Shown here one piece after another: positions 24,322-38,100 of a stretch of DNA of 62,644 nt (positions are counted from its first letter, which is position 1; each line of letters starts with the position of its first letter). The DNA is taken from contig NMRA01000079.1 in NCBI GenBank assembly GCA_002633005.1, positions 192,444 through 255,087 on the forward strand, read 5' to 3'. The stretch comes from Phoronis australis (Eukaryota > Animalia > Phoronida). The translations under genes were made by a program, and so were the position numbers. Below the pieces are notes generated by a model that was given only the letters and a program-made list of their open reading frames with translations, had not been told where the DNA came from and ran no database searches.

Positions 24322-26613
24322 GTCCGTCAGAGTCATTTTTAGAGCAGAATAAAAACGATCAACTTTTACACAATGCTGTTCAGCCCATGTCTTTCCATAA
24401 AATGCAAAGTTCTCATACATTTTCAAACATGATGAGGCTAACAGGTGATGTGCAGACCAAACTTAGAAATTGTTTGCGACTGAAATAGCGTACAACCATA
24501 ACTCAAGGCGACTAAGGGCATTTCAGACATAATTATTCAGCACTTCAAACACAATTAATTCTAGATTTCTAAACATAGTTCAAGGTTTTGCATCGGGAGA
24601 ATGTCAGATTCATCCAAATGCATTCCTTTCAGTGATCACAGGGTTTTAATTACACATGTGTTCTCCGACATTCCACAAACACCTCTCCCCAGCAGGTGAA
24701 CAACTTTCCATTCATGAAACATTCAGGACACGAAGTGAAATTTCTCCATTAACACCATCTGGTGAACACCTAAGACAGCATAGTAGCGAAGGATGCTTTA
24801 AGAGGTTAGCATTCCGAGAATGTTGTTGATAAATATCAGGTCAAGATTTACACACCTCATTTTCCATGGTTCATATCACGCGCAACATCAGAAAGACATA
24901 AACTTAATCCTGTGCTCAGCTTACCTAGGTGGGAATTCGTTCGTTCATAAATTGCTTATGATGTACATCGAATAGAACTAAAGGTAATTATCCTTGAGAA
25001 TGACATATTCTATCCATACTGAGCATCCGAGCCATAACGAAATAGCTAAAAAGTTGAGTGGAATAAATCGCCATATCCTCAAATAATTCAGGTAACTATA
25101 AATTTAAACCTACGTGGTAAATACGTCTGCCAGAATTTCTTTGTCGTAAAAATGAACAATTCAAAAAACAATTTGGCTACAGAGTAATTCTTCACTCATT
25201 ATGGACAAAAATGTCAATTGTCATTTTTCTATTTTTCTTCAAACATTAGTATTAAAAACTTTACCAAAACGGTGTTTTAAGACATCCACAGACAAGAAAC
25301 CCAAGCCTTGAACTGACTAAAATTATCTGAATACGGCAAAAATTCTCCAGTTCGGGCAGTAAAAAATATTTTGTTGTTCTAGGCCGGAACGTGTACCAAA
25401 TTTTAGAAATAGGCAATACTGGTTCCTCCCAAATTCAGGAATTACGATTACCAAGAGCATAAATACCTCGATATTACATATAATGTGGACTCCTGCGTAG
25501 GTGGCCATTTTTGACAATTTACTTTCTGACTCTGTTAATACGAAATGCAAAGTCTGATATTTGAGAAATATGATCAACACCAATATTATCTACCAATGTG
25601 TCCCAATCTTTAGAATTGAGACAATTCAATTTCACCTTGAATTTTAATGTCACAAATTGGTCAAAACTGGAGAACTGTTACTGTAATTTTTTGCTGCTAC
25701 ATCTGCAAACTTGTCCGAAGTGAAGAATTTCCGTTTATCAGCCATGACTAAATGCAACTTGCAATCAGACTAATGAACGTGTCAGTTTTTTTCCCAACAA
25801 TTAGCAGTTAGATGACAGGTTAAGAGTTGAAAATGTAACTAATTACAGTGTGCAATATACAGTAACACGAGCTAAGATAGTTTGATGCATGTCACTTATA
25901 TATTCAGAAAAAGAGAGCAACGAGACAAAACTCCACTAGCGCGTTTTTAACCCAATGAGCTGTGTCCCGGGTCAAGTTCACAGTTTGCATTTCTAAGTCG
26001 TTATAACATCTTAGACATGTCTAATCTTACCTTGAAGCTACAAGAACAAGGCATTCAAAGATGTGATCAATGCATAACAGGAAACTCTACCAGAACATAC
26101 AACTCTTCAGCATTGAGAGCATGAGTGTTCATCACTTGACCCAATTTTAAATTCCGATGTGCAAGAAGGCAGAATTGACAGGGGCGAAATGCAACTTCTT
26201 TCATTCACAGTCGCTTTGAGATGTTGAACATTTTTGTAAATCGTTTGGGAATCACAACACACAGCATTGGCAATTTGATTACAAGATGCTTGTAAAGAAT
26301 TTTTAAACATCCCATTGCATTAAATCTATACAACACTGCGAAACGCTGTCCGCCAATTACCCTAATGCCATCTAGTGACAACGCAGGTTTTATCACATCA
26401 CCCCCGATAATCCAAAATGGCTATTAACAGAACAAAATTCTTGTCACATATCTAGAAACTCAACCAAATGAGCTATGGTATAGCTCATTGCTCAACCTGA
26501 GGAAAATTCAGTGTGAAAGCAGACCAAGAGAGGGCGCTCCACATTCCTCCGTTACAACTAACCCCTGTACCCACCCCTGGATGCGGAGATGAATATGTGG
26601 AATGTCGACCTAC

Positions 26614-26719
26614 CTTCATGTAAAGGATCAATCGTATGGATCATTAGCTGTAGGATCCCATGGCGGAATTTGGCACTCCCGCCTCGTAGATATGGGATAC
26701 TGCCTGTTCGGGATGTTCT
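26614..26719 (-). CDS. SLC24A2: SLC24/NCKX exchanger, coding exon 2
   Basis: RTSRTGSIPYLRGGSAKFRHGILQLMIHTIDPLHE(G) contains the conserved NCKX loop motif FRxGxLQLMIHTxDPL. Sites ttttacag| and G|GTAGGT, phases 0/1. Confidence 0.95.
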
Positions 26720-27506
26720 CTGTAAAATACAATACAAACGGTGCGTGACATGAAGGTGACTTTTCACTTCTTTAATAATTCCCATTCCCACCGTGTGTCC
26801 ATACGCTACGTGTTGGAACAACTTTGTCGTCATTTACCAGGTTTCCATGGAAAATGGGAACCTGAACGTATTATGCCTAAAACAACTGCCAAAATTGTAA
26901 CTTTCCATTTTTAAAGGCTGACTACAATTGGATAAACGTTACGATTCTACATCTTGAACGTTTAGACAATTTGTTTTAATGTTTTTAAAAGACAATGCGG
27001 TTTACAATGACTATGGCCTTACTTTAAAACCTCACTTTCGGACAAAAATAATTCCCAAAATAGCACTTACTTAATATGTCAAGGGCTTCTAACATTGTCA
27101 TGAAGATTACAATTTTTCAAAATATCATCTGTTGGTAGTCATGGTTACAGAATTAATGATTACGACAAAGTGCCATTTTTGGCATCATGCATTTGTGAAA
27201 AAAGCAAAAAAATAAAGTTTTACCTGTCAGCCATTTGTGTGTCCTAAATTGGTGAGATTTTACTGTACGGACATTTATTCATTTTAATCAACCTACGTGC
27301 ATGTAACATACATCAGAAGTGATCTACTTGAACAAATGTTCCAGGTAGTCTCAAAATCCTACGAGCAACACAGAATTTTTATAACAACTTCGGTACCGAG
27401 TTCAGAAGTTCATACCATCTCATCAATAACACCGTACACTATACCCTGAACAATCTAATCAATGCCAACACCTTCTAGCTGGAATATTTTCAAAGTAAAA
27501 ACTCAC

Positions 27507-27557
27507 CCGCCGTATCAAAATTGACAAGTCGGTGTTTAAAAATTCATAGGGCAAACA
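27507..27557 (-). CDS. Candidate 51-nt cassette exon of the NCKX gene
   Basis: ctcatag|TGTTTG...CGGCGG|GTGAGT. Open in phase 0/0, encoding CLPYEFLNTDLSILIRR. No transcript evidence. Confidence 0.4.
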
Positions 27558-30357
27558 CTATGAGCGCAATTCATTAATATAATTAGAAGAAAATCAATGA
27601 AATGGTAATTTCAAACAGGAACTGAACACATTACATTGATTATTAAAAAACGACATTAGAAAGATCTTACTACAGGCATACTGTTCTTAACTGCAACAAC
27701 TGTGAACAAACAATCTACTTACTAATTGCTATGACTAATTACAAGTTCATTAAGCTTTGCTGAGTCTTTAAGGACAGTTCCCTGATTTGCTCGGTTACAC
27801 AAGCAAACTTCCTGTTTTCTTTATTTCTCAAAAATAATTGGTGTCAAATTTCAGTGACCAGGACATAACAATTATATAAGGTACTCCGTCTTCTCAGAGC
27901 ACGTAGTCATGAGAGGAAAAGAGCAATCCACGTGAAAATCGCAGACATCATGCCATGGCAACACATTCATCAGAATGTGAAAAACACAGATTCTAGGAAA
28001 TCATGAAAACCAATAAATATTGTGACGTCCTTAAGTGAGATAAACAAATCCGTACGAAATTGCTACGTCATCATAGATTATGCGTAAAAAGTGCTAAGTT
28101 ATCGCAAATAGCACGAAAAACATGCTTGAGCGTGAAAAACATAATAAAATACTGGAAGTTAAAAAAGCACGACAGAAGGAGCTAAGGTCTTCACTAACAA
28201 CAGACCTATTAACGCCGTTACTAGTCGTTATATAGCAAGGTGTTCATGGAGCACACTATCTGGTGTTGTCAAATACACCTTCATCTCCACATTGTTACGT
28301 AAGTTACATTCTGCACTACCCCCAGTTGCCCTACTTAATTTCCAGGGTTCAAAAGAAATCCAAATCAAATCATTTTAATTAAACAGTTTAAACAGCGCCA
28401 GTTAACTTCGCAATGTCACATTTAAAAACCTTAGCCTGTAGTGCTACCTTACAATTACTTCGATGGCAGCAGTGCCACCTACTGTTCACTTCGATGTCCG
28501 TTAACTACCGAAGCCAGTATGAACGGTTTAGTTAACTTCGCAGTTTACGTCGACACTCCGCTCAGACCGGAGTTAAGTCAGTATGAAAAGGCCTCAATTC
28601 TTAGCAATTTGCTAGCCATTATGCTTATTTCCATGATGGCATGCAAAGGATATCAGCAGATAGAACATAAAAACAAATGAAAACGGCACATACCATTTAA
28701 TCAAACGATTCTAAAAAATAAGTAGCATTTTTCATAGTTGGCTTCACTTTGAATCATTGTGTGCAATTTTGATGGTGTGTGAATGTACCAGTGTGTTAAC
28801 GCAGTTAAAACTCTTACAGTAAATCAAAATGTCTTCCATTTAGCATCAGCCAAAACCAATATGGTTACCTAGTTGGTTGTTAGTGTGTGTAATCACATGG
28901 TCAGACAAGTTATGATTTAAAATGTGGGCAATTCTTGGTTCTTTAAGTCAGATGTCATGCATGTGTGCAGAGCAGTGGTATAGAGTAAAGGATCTTCAGA
29001 GATGGGATCAAAAGGGTAAACATTCAGTTAGCAATTTTCAAATCAAGTCCGTTTTTTTTACAAAAAAATGTATTAAATGAAGAATCACAATACAAGACAA
29101 ACCGTCAAAATGAAGTAAAAAATTCAATGTTCAGGATGTGATAAATTGTGAGCCACTGGAATTTTTGCCAAATTTGACTAACTTAAGAACATCATATGTC
29201 AGAAATGGTTGGCCTGTTTCAAATGAATCTTTCAAGTATTAGGCTTTGTGCACTGTTCTCAATACACTGTAAGCAATTAGTTTTAAACCAAAAATGTAAT
29301 AAGAATTTAGAAAACTGTAACTGTGTTTTTGAGATATCACTTTGAATAGTTACTACATGAAAAGAAAAGTTGGTCATTTGATATCAGTTTTGCTTTGACT
29401 GCACTTTTCTTTTTTGCTTAATTATGCAGAACCACAAACAATATATCACAAAAGTTAATCTGGAAAGTACCACTTTACCATCTTAAGGACTAATTATGGT
29501 AACAGCAGAAAAGACTGATAATAACTATAATTACTGCAGCAAAATTCTAATTACAGAAAGACTTTAAGCCACCTCGTTAACTTTCCTGTTAATTGTACTT
29601 CATTCTTGGTCGTAGAGATGAGGCTACTATGATGATAGCTGCTTTCAGCTTCCCGTTATGATGGGAAATTTGGGGTCATTTTATCCACATACTTTTGACA
29701 TGTACAGTAATCAAATCAAGAGATTCGATTAATGGCAGATTGGTATAAAGTAAAAAAAACAAATTCTAAAGGATTTCTACTTTCTGAAAACATATACGCT
29801 ACAGACTTGTAAAATTTGACTAAAGGCACAGAATACGATAAGGTCTCACACAGCTGTAATAATCTCCTTTAGTACCGGAAAACAACGGTTACACTCATGT
29901 TGACTTTGCAGTCCACGTTGATATGCATCTTTTAGTAGATATAGCTTGGTATCAAAAAGCCTTGAGTCAGGGTATTAGTTTTGCGTGAATTTTGTACAGA
30001 TAAATTGCTAGAATCAAAACAAATGCGATGCAGGCACGATGGCGTGATCTTCTATTAACCAACAAACCTTTCTATAGCTGGATTCAGGGAACAGGGTTGT
30101 ATTGACCAAGCTTGTTAATTTGTAACAGAGGATTTCAAAAGCGAGGTTCTTCAGAGGCTCTGTGCAGTACTAGTGCTATTTCCATTTAGTCACTGCTTGT
30201 ATTGCTACTCGATGTAGTGTCCACTATTTAACTATAGTGCTTTAGCTGGCCACCAGATGGCAAGAGAGTAGAGGTCAAGGTCAGTTAATAAAAATGTGCA
30301 AAGGTTTGATACTAAGTTTATTCATATTTCCTACTAAGATCCCCTCAAGTTAAGATG

Positions 30358-31554
30358 CAGTGCTCAATTTGGTGACCTCGCAGGTTGCAAATGCGACCTC
30401 AGATTACGTTTGGCGAATTGGGATTTTTTCCAGGTCACTACAGCGAGTCAGATAATAATTTCCTTGAAATTCATTTCAAAGTGTGAAGAATTACTTTACT
30501 TTATCCTTTGGTTCACAATTGTTCTGCGTACTTCATGAAATTTGTGAATTTGCCACCTCAGTGGTTGATCAGCAAACTTCAATTAAGGTTATCTCCAACC
30601 TTATTTAGGGGCCTCTAATCTAACTCGTATATCAAAAAAACTAAGCTTTGTCAACTAGTGAAAGTACATATTTTCTGAAAGAAAAAAGATTAGGAAATAC
30701 GAAAATACTTTTTGTATTAATGTACTATTATTATTTTTAGGTAAAAACCTTTTTCAAGCCAAAATTATATTTTTAAGAAAGGTACGTTCATAGCAAAATA
30801 ACCCCCCAGGTCGATTTTAATGAAACTTTTTTCAAATGAAAACTTCACCAGTTACCTCAAAAACGCTGTTAGGAATTTTCGATCAGTCTTTTTGTTTGGT
30901 TTCTATGACAAATCAACTCGCAAAACGTAAGGTATCTTTGTCAAAAACGGAAGTCATATTCATCTTTGTTACATTACGCAAAAAATAGGCCTTTATATCG
31001 AAAATCCTTACAGCGTTTTTGAGACTGATGACTTATATTAAATTTGGAAAGCTTCAGCGAAATCCACAGAGCCGTTTTCGAGAACTCGTGTTCCTAAGTT
31101 CAAATAAAGTCGATTTGCCGAAACCGAGAAAAAGTCAGTTAAACTGGGACAAGTGAAAATCTCAAAGTCTTCGGTTAATTATTCGATGAAAAGTTGTTTT
31201 CAGATAAGATATTTTCCTAGACACATGTGAAATATTGTAAAAATGACTATTTTTGTGAATAAGGTTTGAGATAACCTTAAAAGAGGTGGATAACAGAAGG
31301 AAGTCGGCACTGCTCAGCTATCATCTGCATTCTTTCTTCATCAGTGGAATGAATTGAGTTAGAGATTGAATGGTGCATATTTTTACGGGGAGATATTGAA
31401 GATATGTGTATAAGTTTCCCAGTATGGTACGACCTTATTTTTAGTCGACGATTTCAATGTAAGATTTGGCGACCTCAGATTTCGTTTGGCGACCTAGAAT
31501 TTCGGACAATTCGCCAAATCAGGTACTTGTCGTCAAGCTAAGTGTCGAGCACTG
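30358..31554. mobile_element. Non-autonomous DNA transposon with CAGTGCTC termini (hAT-like), interrupted by a nested element
   Basis: CAGTGCTC (30358-30365) and GAGCACTG (31547-31554). Subterminal repeat gcgacctcagattWcgtttggcga near both ends. Flanks AGATG/AGACG could be a decayed 5-bp TSD. Confidence 0.55.
30587..31276. mobile_element. Kolobok-like non-autonomous DNA transposon
   Basis: 19-bp TIR GGTTATCTCMAACCTTATT with one mismatch. TTAA on both flanks (30583-30586, 31277-31280). Purine-purine termini with a TTAA TSD fit Kolobok rather than piggyBac. Confidence 0.8.
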
Positions 31555-34500
31555 AGACGCAACACTGGGTCCTGGAAACATCAGACTTACACAGAGCTCA
31601 TAGTTGTCCAATTACACAGGAGATTTCATGTGAATTGGCCTAAGACAACAGATCTGCCTTTTCACCTGGTGACACGCCTACATTCCAATGACTGAATAAG
31701 CTCTACCTTTTTCGTTGGTGATTGTATTAGGTGTTGTGCAATAATCATGTTAATTACATGAAAGACAGCAGATGAGATGCCTTTGTAAAACTGAGGTTAA
31801 TGTTTTGACAATCCACATGTCCAGAGGTCTTTGTAACCTGCTGCCATCTAAGAAATACCTCACTGTATCAGAGCTATAAATAATCCAAGATAACAATACC
31901 TATAATGATTAGAAAATCAGAGAGCATTTAATCAATAATAAATCCCAACAGATAGAACATTACGAGGCGGGCAACCAGACGATGTAATTACGATTTTGTA
32001 ATCGCTAGGTATCTACAGCTTTCGCAGGTAGAAACTAAATTTATGTCATTCAAATTGGAATACCACATAACCTAGAGCGTAAAGATTATGTGTACCCATT
32101 TCACAAAATTATCTTTTAAAAATATTGGCCACAATTACAGAAAAATATGCAATTACTTCAAACAGATTTAATTTTGATTGTTCTTAGGTGAAAACCAGTG
32201 CTTTCTGTAAGGCAGTTAACAAACATGTCAGGTTTGTTTACATGAAACCTGTCGACCAAATCAAATGATGTATCTTAAGTTTCCCACAATGCAAAGCCCT
32301 ATTATCAACTTCTACTTTGATGAGTGAATCAGTCGTCTAAAATTTCATTCGAAGTTTTGAAATTTTTATTCATTGTCGTGCAGCGTAAAATTCAGATAGA
32401 GAAGGAATTTTTAGCCCGAACGGAAGCTCACGAGCAACAGACAGGATGCAAAGTCGAAGCTGAACTCTCAAAGTGCGAAGGTCAATAAGTTCACTGGCCT
32501 AGAGTCTTTGTAGAACTAGAGAATCAGAGGTTCCTCATTTAAAGCTTCTTTCACCCACTTTAATAGCTGGCTAAAAACGAGCCTTTCACTCTCCTAAAAT
32601 CAGTCTCTTCATACTCTTTACCCAGACAAGAGCATTCAAACCATAAGCATGAAACAACTGACCTTCAAGTGACTACATACTATGGATTGACAAACATTCA
32701 TGACATTCAACCACAGAACTCCTGTACGATGCTCTTCACCAGTAAAGGTAGGAAAAGCAGACAAACATTGGAGTATAAGCAATATCTAAGTTGAGATAGA
32801 AAACATTTATTTCCAGAGTTCCTGAGCATTTGTTTGCAATATATGTGAAAAATACCTTAAGACTATTCAAGGTTGAATTATTTCATGGAATGTGGTATTC
32901 CAAACAAATATTGATAAATATCATCATGTGTTTGTTGATGACTGCTATAAAGTATAAAATGTGCAAATTTAGCAATTTTATGATGTCATTCATTCACCTA
33001 TCACAACCATAGTCAACATCAACGTCAAAATTCCAGACAAAAACCAGGTCATAAATACCGTGACAGCATTTTATAAAAAAGTTTCACTTTGAATGAATAA
33101 GTAGATTGCCTGAGTTTCAAAACACATAGAAACACGAACCCAAAAAGACTGCCTTTTTAAGGTTCTGTGAGCCCGGAAGGAGATCAAATCATAATTGTAT
33201 CACTGTTCACCAACAATAGACATTTCTACTGTGGTGAAATACTGAAGGCTTAAAAGGAGAGTTCGGAGGCCTAGTAGCCAATGAAGAGAGAGTCTCAATA
33301 GTCGAGCTGCCGGCGGGTAGGAAGGTTACTTACCCGACAGGTAATCACATCTAAATTAAGTGTAAGCTAAATGGCGGTCGTGTAATGGCATCAAAGTTTG
33401 AGTGGAATGAGGAACCGGGTTATTACCTTTGAACCAAGCCACACCAGAGAAAGCACCCTGGGGGCTAGAGGTTCACATAATTTGCAAAAACAAAACGCGG
33501 CTGAGCACCATACATTCCACCTTAGCTGAGCCTAACCATTTTAAACTATTCTAACCGAACTCTGTCATTTTCCATCTGCCCAAAGAGGACACTGAATTTG
33601 AAAAATAACAAAACATTACATGACAAGGGAAATTTTTCCTTCCTGAGATTTGGACCTCGAATAAGATTGGAAATACACGGTATGTTTCTTCCCAATGCGA
33701 CACTGGGCAGCCTAGTGGTGACATTTCTTCCTAATCTCATAAGTGGGTCTAAAAAATGGAAGTAACATGCAAAACATAAAATAATCTATTTATTCCACAT
33801 ACTGAGCAATCTCCAAAACTCACAGAAAATAATATATTTAATGTTCATCCTGCCTGACGTCCATCATCGACCCATGCAGAGCAGTTGATCAAACCAAACG
33901 CATGAATGTCTTCAAAACAATATCAAAAGCGAGTTTTTTCCCCCATCAGATTATTATCTAAAAATACGCATCAGTTAAATCTTTGGGTTATGTAACGGAG
34001 TCAGAAGTATCATGCTTTGAATGTCGTAATACACCACGGAATTAGGCAGTGTAAAATAATACAGTACTTAAACGGGGAAAAAATTTACATCATGACGTTC
34101 AATTCCTCAAGCAGATTTTTCCAATGCTTAAAAAACGAATAAGAATCAGTCATGTTTCGTCGACCGGCTGTGATATTTTGTTGCAATTTTGCGACGCTGC
34201 TGCAACCCTCCACTAAAAAAAAAATAATCGCAGCCTGTTGACCTAACTCTAATGTACAAGCGTGATGTTAACATGATGTGCATACCCATATAAAGCCCTT
34301 ATAAGAACTAAGCTTTCGGGTGGTGTCATAGCAAAAGCCATGAAATTTCCGCCAATTACCTTTCGATCACTCAAAGTTTCGTGGTTTTTCTGCGATGACA
34401 CTTAGCTGATCTGGTTTAACCCCAGTATCAGATTATTGCGTATAACAAGCGAGTCATCGCAAAATCATTACTACAAAGTAACACAGCCGGTTCAACCTAA

Positions 34501-34644
34501 ATTTGCTAACTACGTGAATTATGATGTTTGTCTGAAGACCAAAAACCTCATTGCGAACATATAAGCACAACTACCCATTAGAAGTTAATTTATTGTGCCT
34601 GCTGTATGGGCTACCTATGCAGCCATCTCTGAACATGACATCGA

Positions 34645-35185
34645 AAGCGTGTTCAACAGAGTGAGCGCCCGCTAGCGTGTACTCGCGAACACAAGGAACA
34701 GCTCCTGAACAGCTGTGAGCGCTCACTGTGCGATCCAGTATGGCGACTATGAAGCAGATTGTGTTGAATGTCTTAGCCGATGAGCTTAACACTAACAGTC
34801 CTTCCTATGGCGTACTGAGCGATAAATATGATTAATCTTTTCCAATAGTTATTAATATCGGCAGCCCAAGACAACAACCGTGAAGGCTTCAGCCCGACAA
34901 GAATCGAAAATTACGTCGAGGAAACTGTTCCTCGCTACAGCGACCCGCAATTTAAGTCGCAGTTTCGGATGAGTCGGTCAACTTTTGAGGTTAGTTTTCT
35001 TGTTGCAGAACCATAATGGTTCATATGTTCCAGACGTGAAGCCTTCGCAGGACGCCATCTTGGAAATCTAAGCGAACATGCTCTCGAGGTTGTTCGCGAG
35101 CCCTCGCGAGCGCTAACGTGAACACAGCTGTTCAGGACGAGGGCGCTCAAATCGCTTGCGGGCGCTCACTCTATTGAACACGCTT
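34645..35185 (+). mobile_element. Internally deleted PIF/Harbinger transposon with a transposase remnant
   Basis: About 30-bp TIR AAGCGTGTTCAAYAGAGTGAGCGCCCGC. The internal frame at 34861 encodes RIENYVEETVPRYSDPQFKSQFRMSRSTFE, resembling the N-terminal FRMSRxTF motif of Harbinger/HARBI1 transposases. No clear TSD. Confidence 0.75.
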
Positions 35186-38100
35186 CTGTATGTCATAATT
35201 GGCTATTTCAAACACGGATATTGCTCACTGCCCTCACTCAAGAAACAAAACATCTAATAATAACAATACAATTCATACACTCAAAACTTTCGCCAAGTAA
35301 CCTCATGAGAATGTGGTTTCACAGATTTGACAGCGATTATTAAATGGCCGAATGAACCTCAGTTTTAAGCAAAGGTCAAATTTTCCTGTATAATTAGAGC
35401 GTATCAGTACCTGGTGTTTGTGGCTTGCTTCGCCTTTTAAAAATACCACAAGGTTTGATTACGATCAATTAGATTCAAATAGTGGATAGCTTTTCACTTT
35501 ATTACCTCCCCATCCGCTCAACTGCCTATCGTTCCTGGTCATGATCAATGTCCATTACGACTTTAATCTTCACTTATTCAGCACAAAAATAATTGCCAAA
35601 ACATTAGAGGTGGTGAAAAATTGACCAAGTGTTGCTTTACCACAATTACACATGACCTATTATGTCATTAATTAAATAGAACATTCATTTTTTTGAGAAA
35701 CGTGACAAAATACATTTCCATAGATGTCGTCCATATTGTGTGCTAATAGAATTGCTGTGATTAAACAAGCAGCCGATGTCGTCATCAGGATTCGTTCCAA
35801 TAAATTTCACATGGTAAAGGCAATAATAAGCCGGGAATGGTGGACTTTTCATATCGGCGCTCTCTAGAGTAATGAGAGCACAAAAGTGACTTACAATTGG
35901 TCCCAGCTCAGATTTGGTGGACAGAAATACAAACAGTATATTGTGATTGATTAATTTAAAAGCATAGGAATAAATTCCACTGTCAGCGCCTCCCGTTGTT
36001 TAATTAATTTAAGTTCACTTATTTCAACTTTTTAACACCAGAAGCCGGATCGAAATTCTCCCGCTTTATCACACATAACCACAGGCTTCGTCACGGATTC
36101 ATTTTCGCAATGGGAAACGTATTGAACACAATGCCCTTGTTCATCCATTCATATTTCAAAAGGTTTGCATTTTTTGCAAGGCATTGGTACATCCCACCAC
36201 ACAGCAGTGGAAATTTGTCGGCATTATTACAGCAGAAAAGGAGTTCAAACCAGCAGGTTGAAACCTCCTGTCAGCATTACAGAGGATCTGTAGGTGGCAC
36301 TGACCGCCCATCCACCAAAGACCTGATCGCTGTCAGACAGGATAGTGATTTTCGATATGGCGTGGCTCTAAAGTTAGCTTCCATTTGTGCTCAGCTGTCA
36401 TGGCAGGGAATAACAGATCAGTTTGTACAGATTATTCAGACTTACACTGTAGCCGTCATCAAGTTTATTGTCCCAAACCATAATCATCGACAGTAATATG
36501 GAAATCGATAAGTAGAAATTTTACTGTCTAGACATATTTCTAGAGTGTCATATTTTTCTGTTAACCTTCAAGGAAGTGAATTTTTATCGCTAGCAAGCCT
36601 GGTGGGCGAAAACCCCAGCGCACGACACTTGAGGTTGTATAACACCTCACAGACATCAGAATTCAAGGTTATGTAGGGCCCTACAAAAATGTTCAAATGT
36701 GTCTCTCTAAAACTCTGTTAGAAACTGGTAAAGTGTTACACTAAGATGTTAACAAAAGATACCAGGCTTGTGATTTCTACAGAAAAACTAAAAATTTTAT
36801 AAAAGAAAAACGCAACGTTAATTTATAAAACTGTAACCGCATTTTTAAAATTTCATCCAACCATTTATATCAAATGAATTTTAATCAAATTATTGATATC
36901 ATCGTTTTGCAATGCATACTTTTCTGTTAACTTTTACCACCACAACACATGGCAGACAAGTACAAAGTAAGAACTCAAATTATACATTTCAAGCTTTCTA
37001 CCTTTACAAATACATACTTTTACTGAGTAAAAAAAATCTATAGCTTTGTAGATAAGTCAACACACTGACAATAAGTAACTATATTTACATATAATGGGTT
37101 TGGCTTATAGTAAATATAGAATCACCTTTATGGCAGATATTTAGATGGGAGATTAAATTGTTTTGAGGGAGACCTGAATGTGTGCTCTCAAAGTTCTTTC
37201 CAATAACCAACTTCAATTCCATTTGGGTAAATGACACTTTTAATTCTTAACTACCATTTCATCACAAATCGGGCAACAGGAGTATACCAGTTTTTAAACA
37301 AATGCTGCAGCGCAATAAGACAATCCCACTCAGAAATCTAATACGCACAGTGATATTTACTCACATAAAGATTGATTTAATTTTTCAAATAACCAAAAAG
37401 GTTGATGAGTTTCCACTGAGCTGCCTGAAAAAGCAGACTTTGATCGTACAATGCACAATCTCAGCTTTTACTTCCAATGAACCTTGAAATTTTCATAAAG
37501 AAAAGGAAATTTGAATCTAATTTCTTCCAGGTTTGTTTAGCAAGACCAACAATGTCCCCAAGACTTCCGAGAAAAAATCGATGACAAGGAATGTCACCAC
37601 CTAGTACATGAATGAAGTTTTAGCATCTAATAGTTTGGACTGAGGTGCAGGGGAATTCTTTGTCATGACTCAGTGCTTAGAATCGACCAGTTTATAGAAC
37701 CTCCATTCAGCACCTTGCTAATGCACTTTACAGATGTTTTGTAAACTTGAATATGAGGAAACTAAATTCAAAATAACAGAACGAAATCAAGCGAAACTGT
37801 TAAACATTGTGAGGAACTATTAACAAATGTGCCTTTAGAGAAAAGCACGGAAGAGTCTACAAATACATAAAAAACAGAAATTTCCAGAGGTTTTACTACA
37901 CTGTAGTGAGTGCTGAAAATGTTATTACATAATAATTAGTGACAACTGAAGTTCACATGTCATTCAAAGTATAATTATAACTAAACTTTCATAAAAGCTA
38001 TCAGCCCAGACACATCATGTGACCTTGTTAATTATATATTACAAATAAAACCTCAAAATATTTTATTCTTGTCAAAAATGTTTATCAATGGGAAAATACA

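Noticed and set aside
36110-36496. 128-aa + strand ORF inside the long NCKX intron
   Set aside because: No recognisable domain or splice context; the length is within chance expectation for a window this size.
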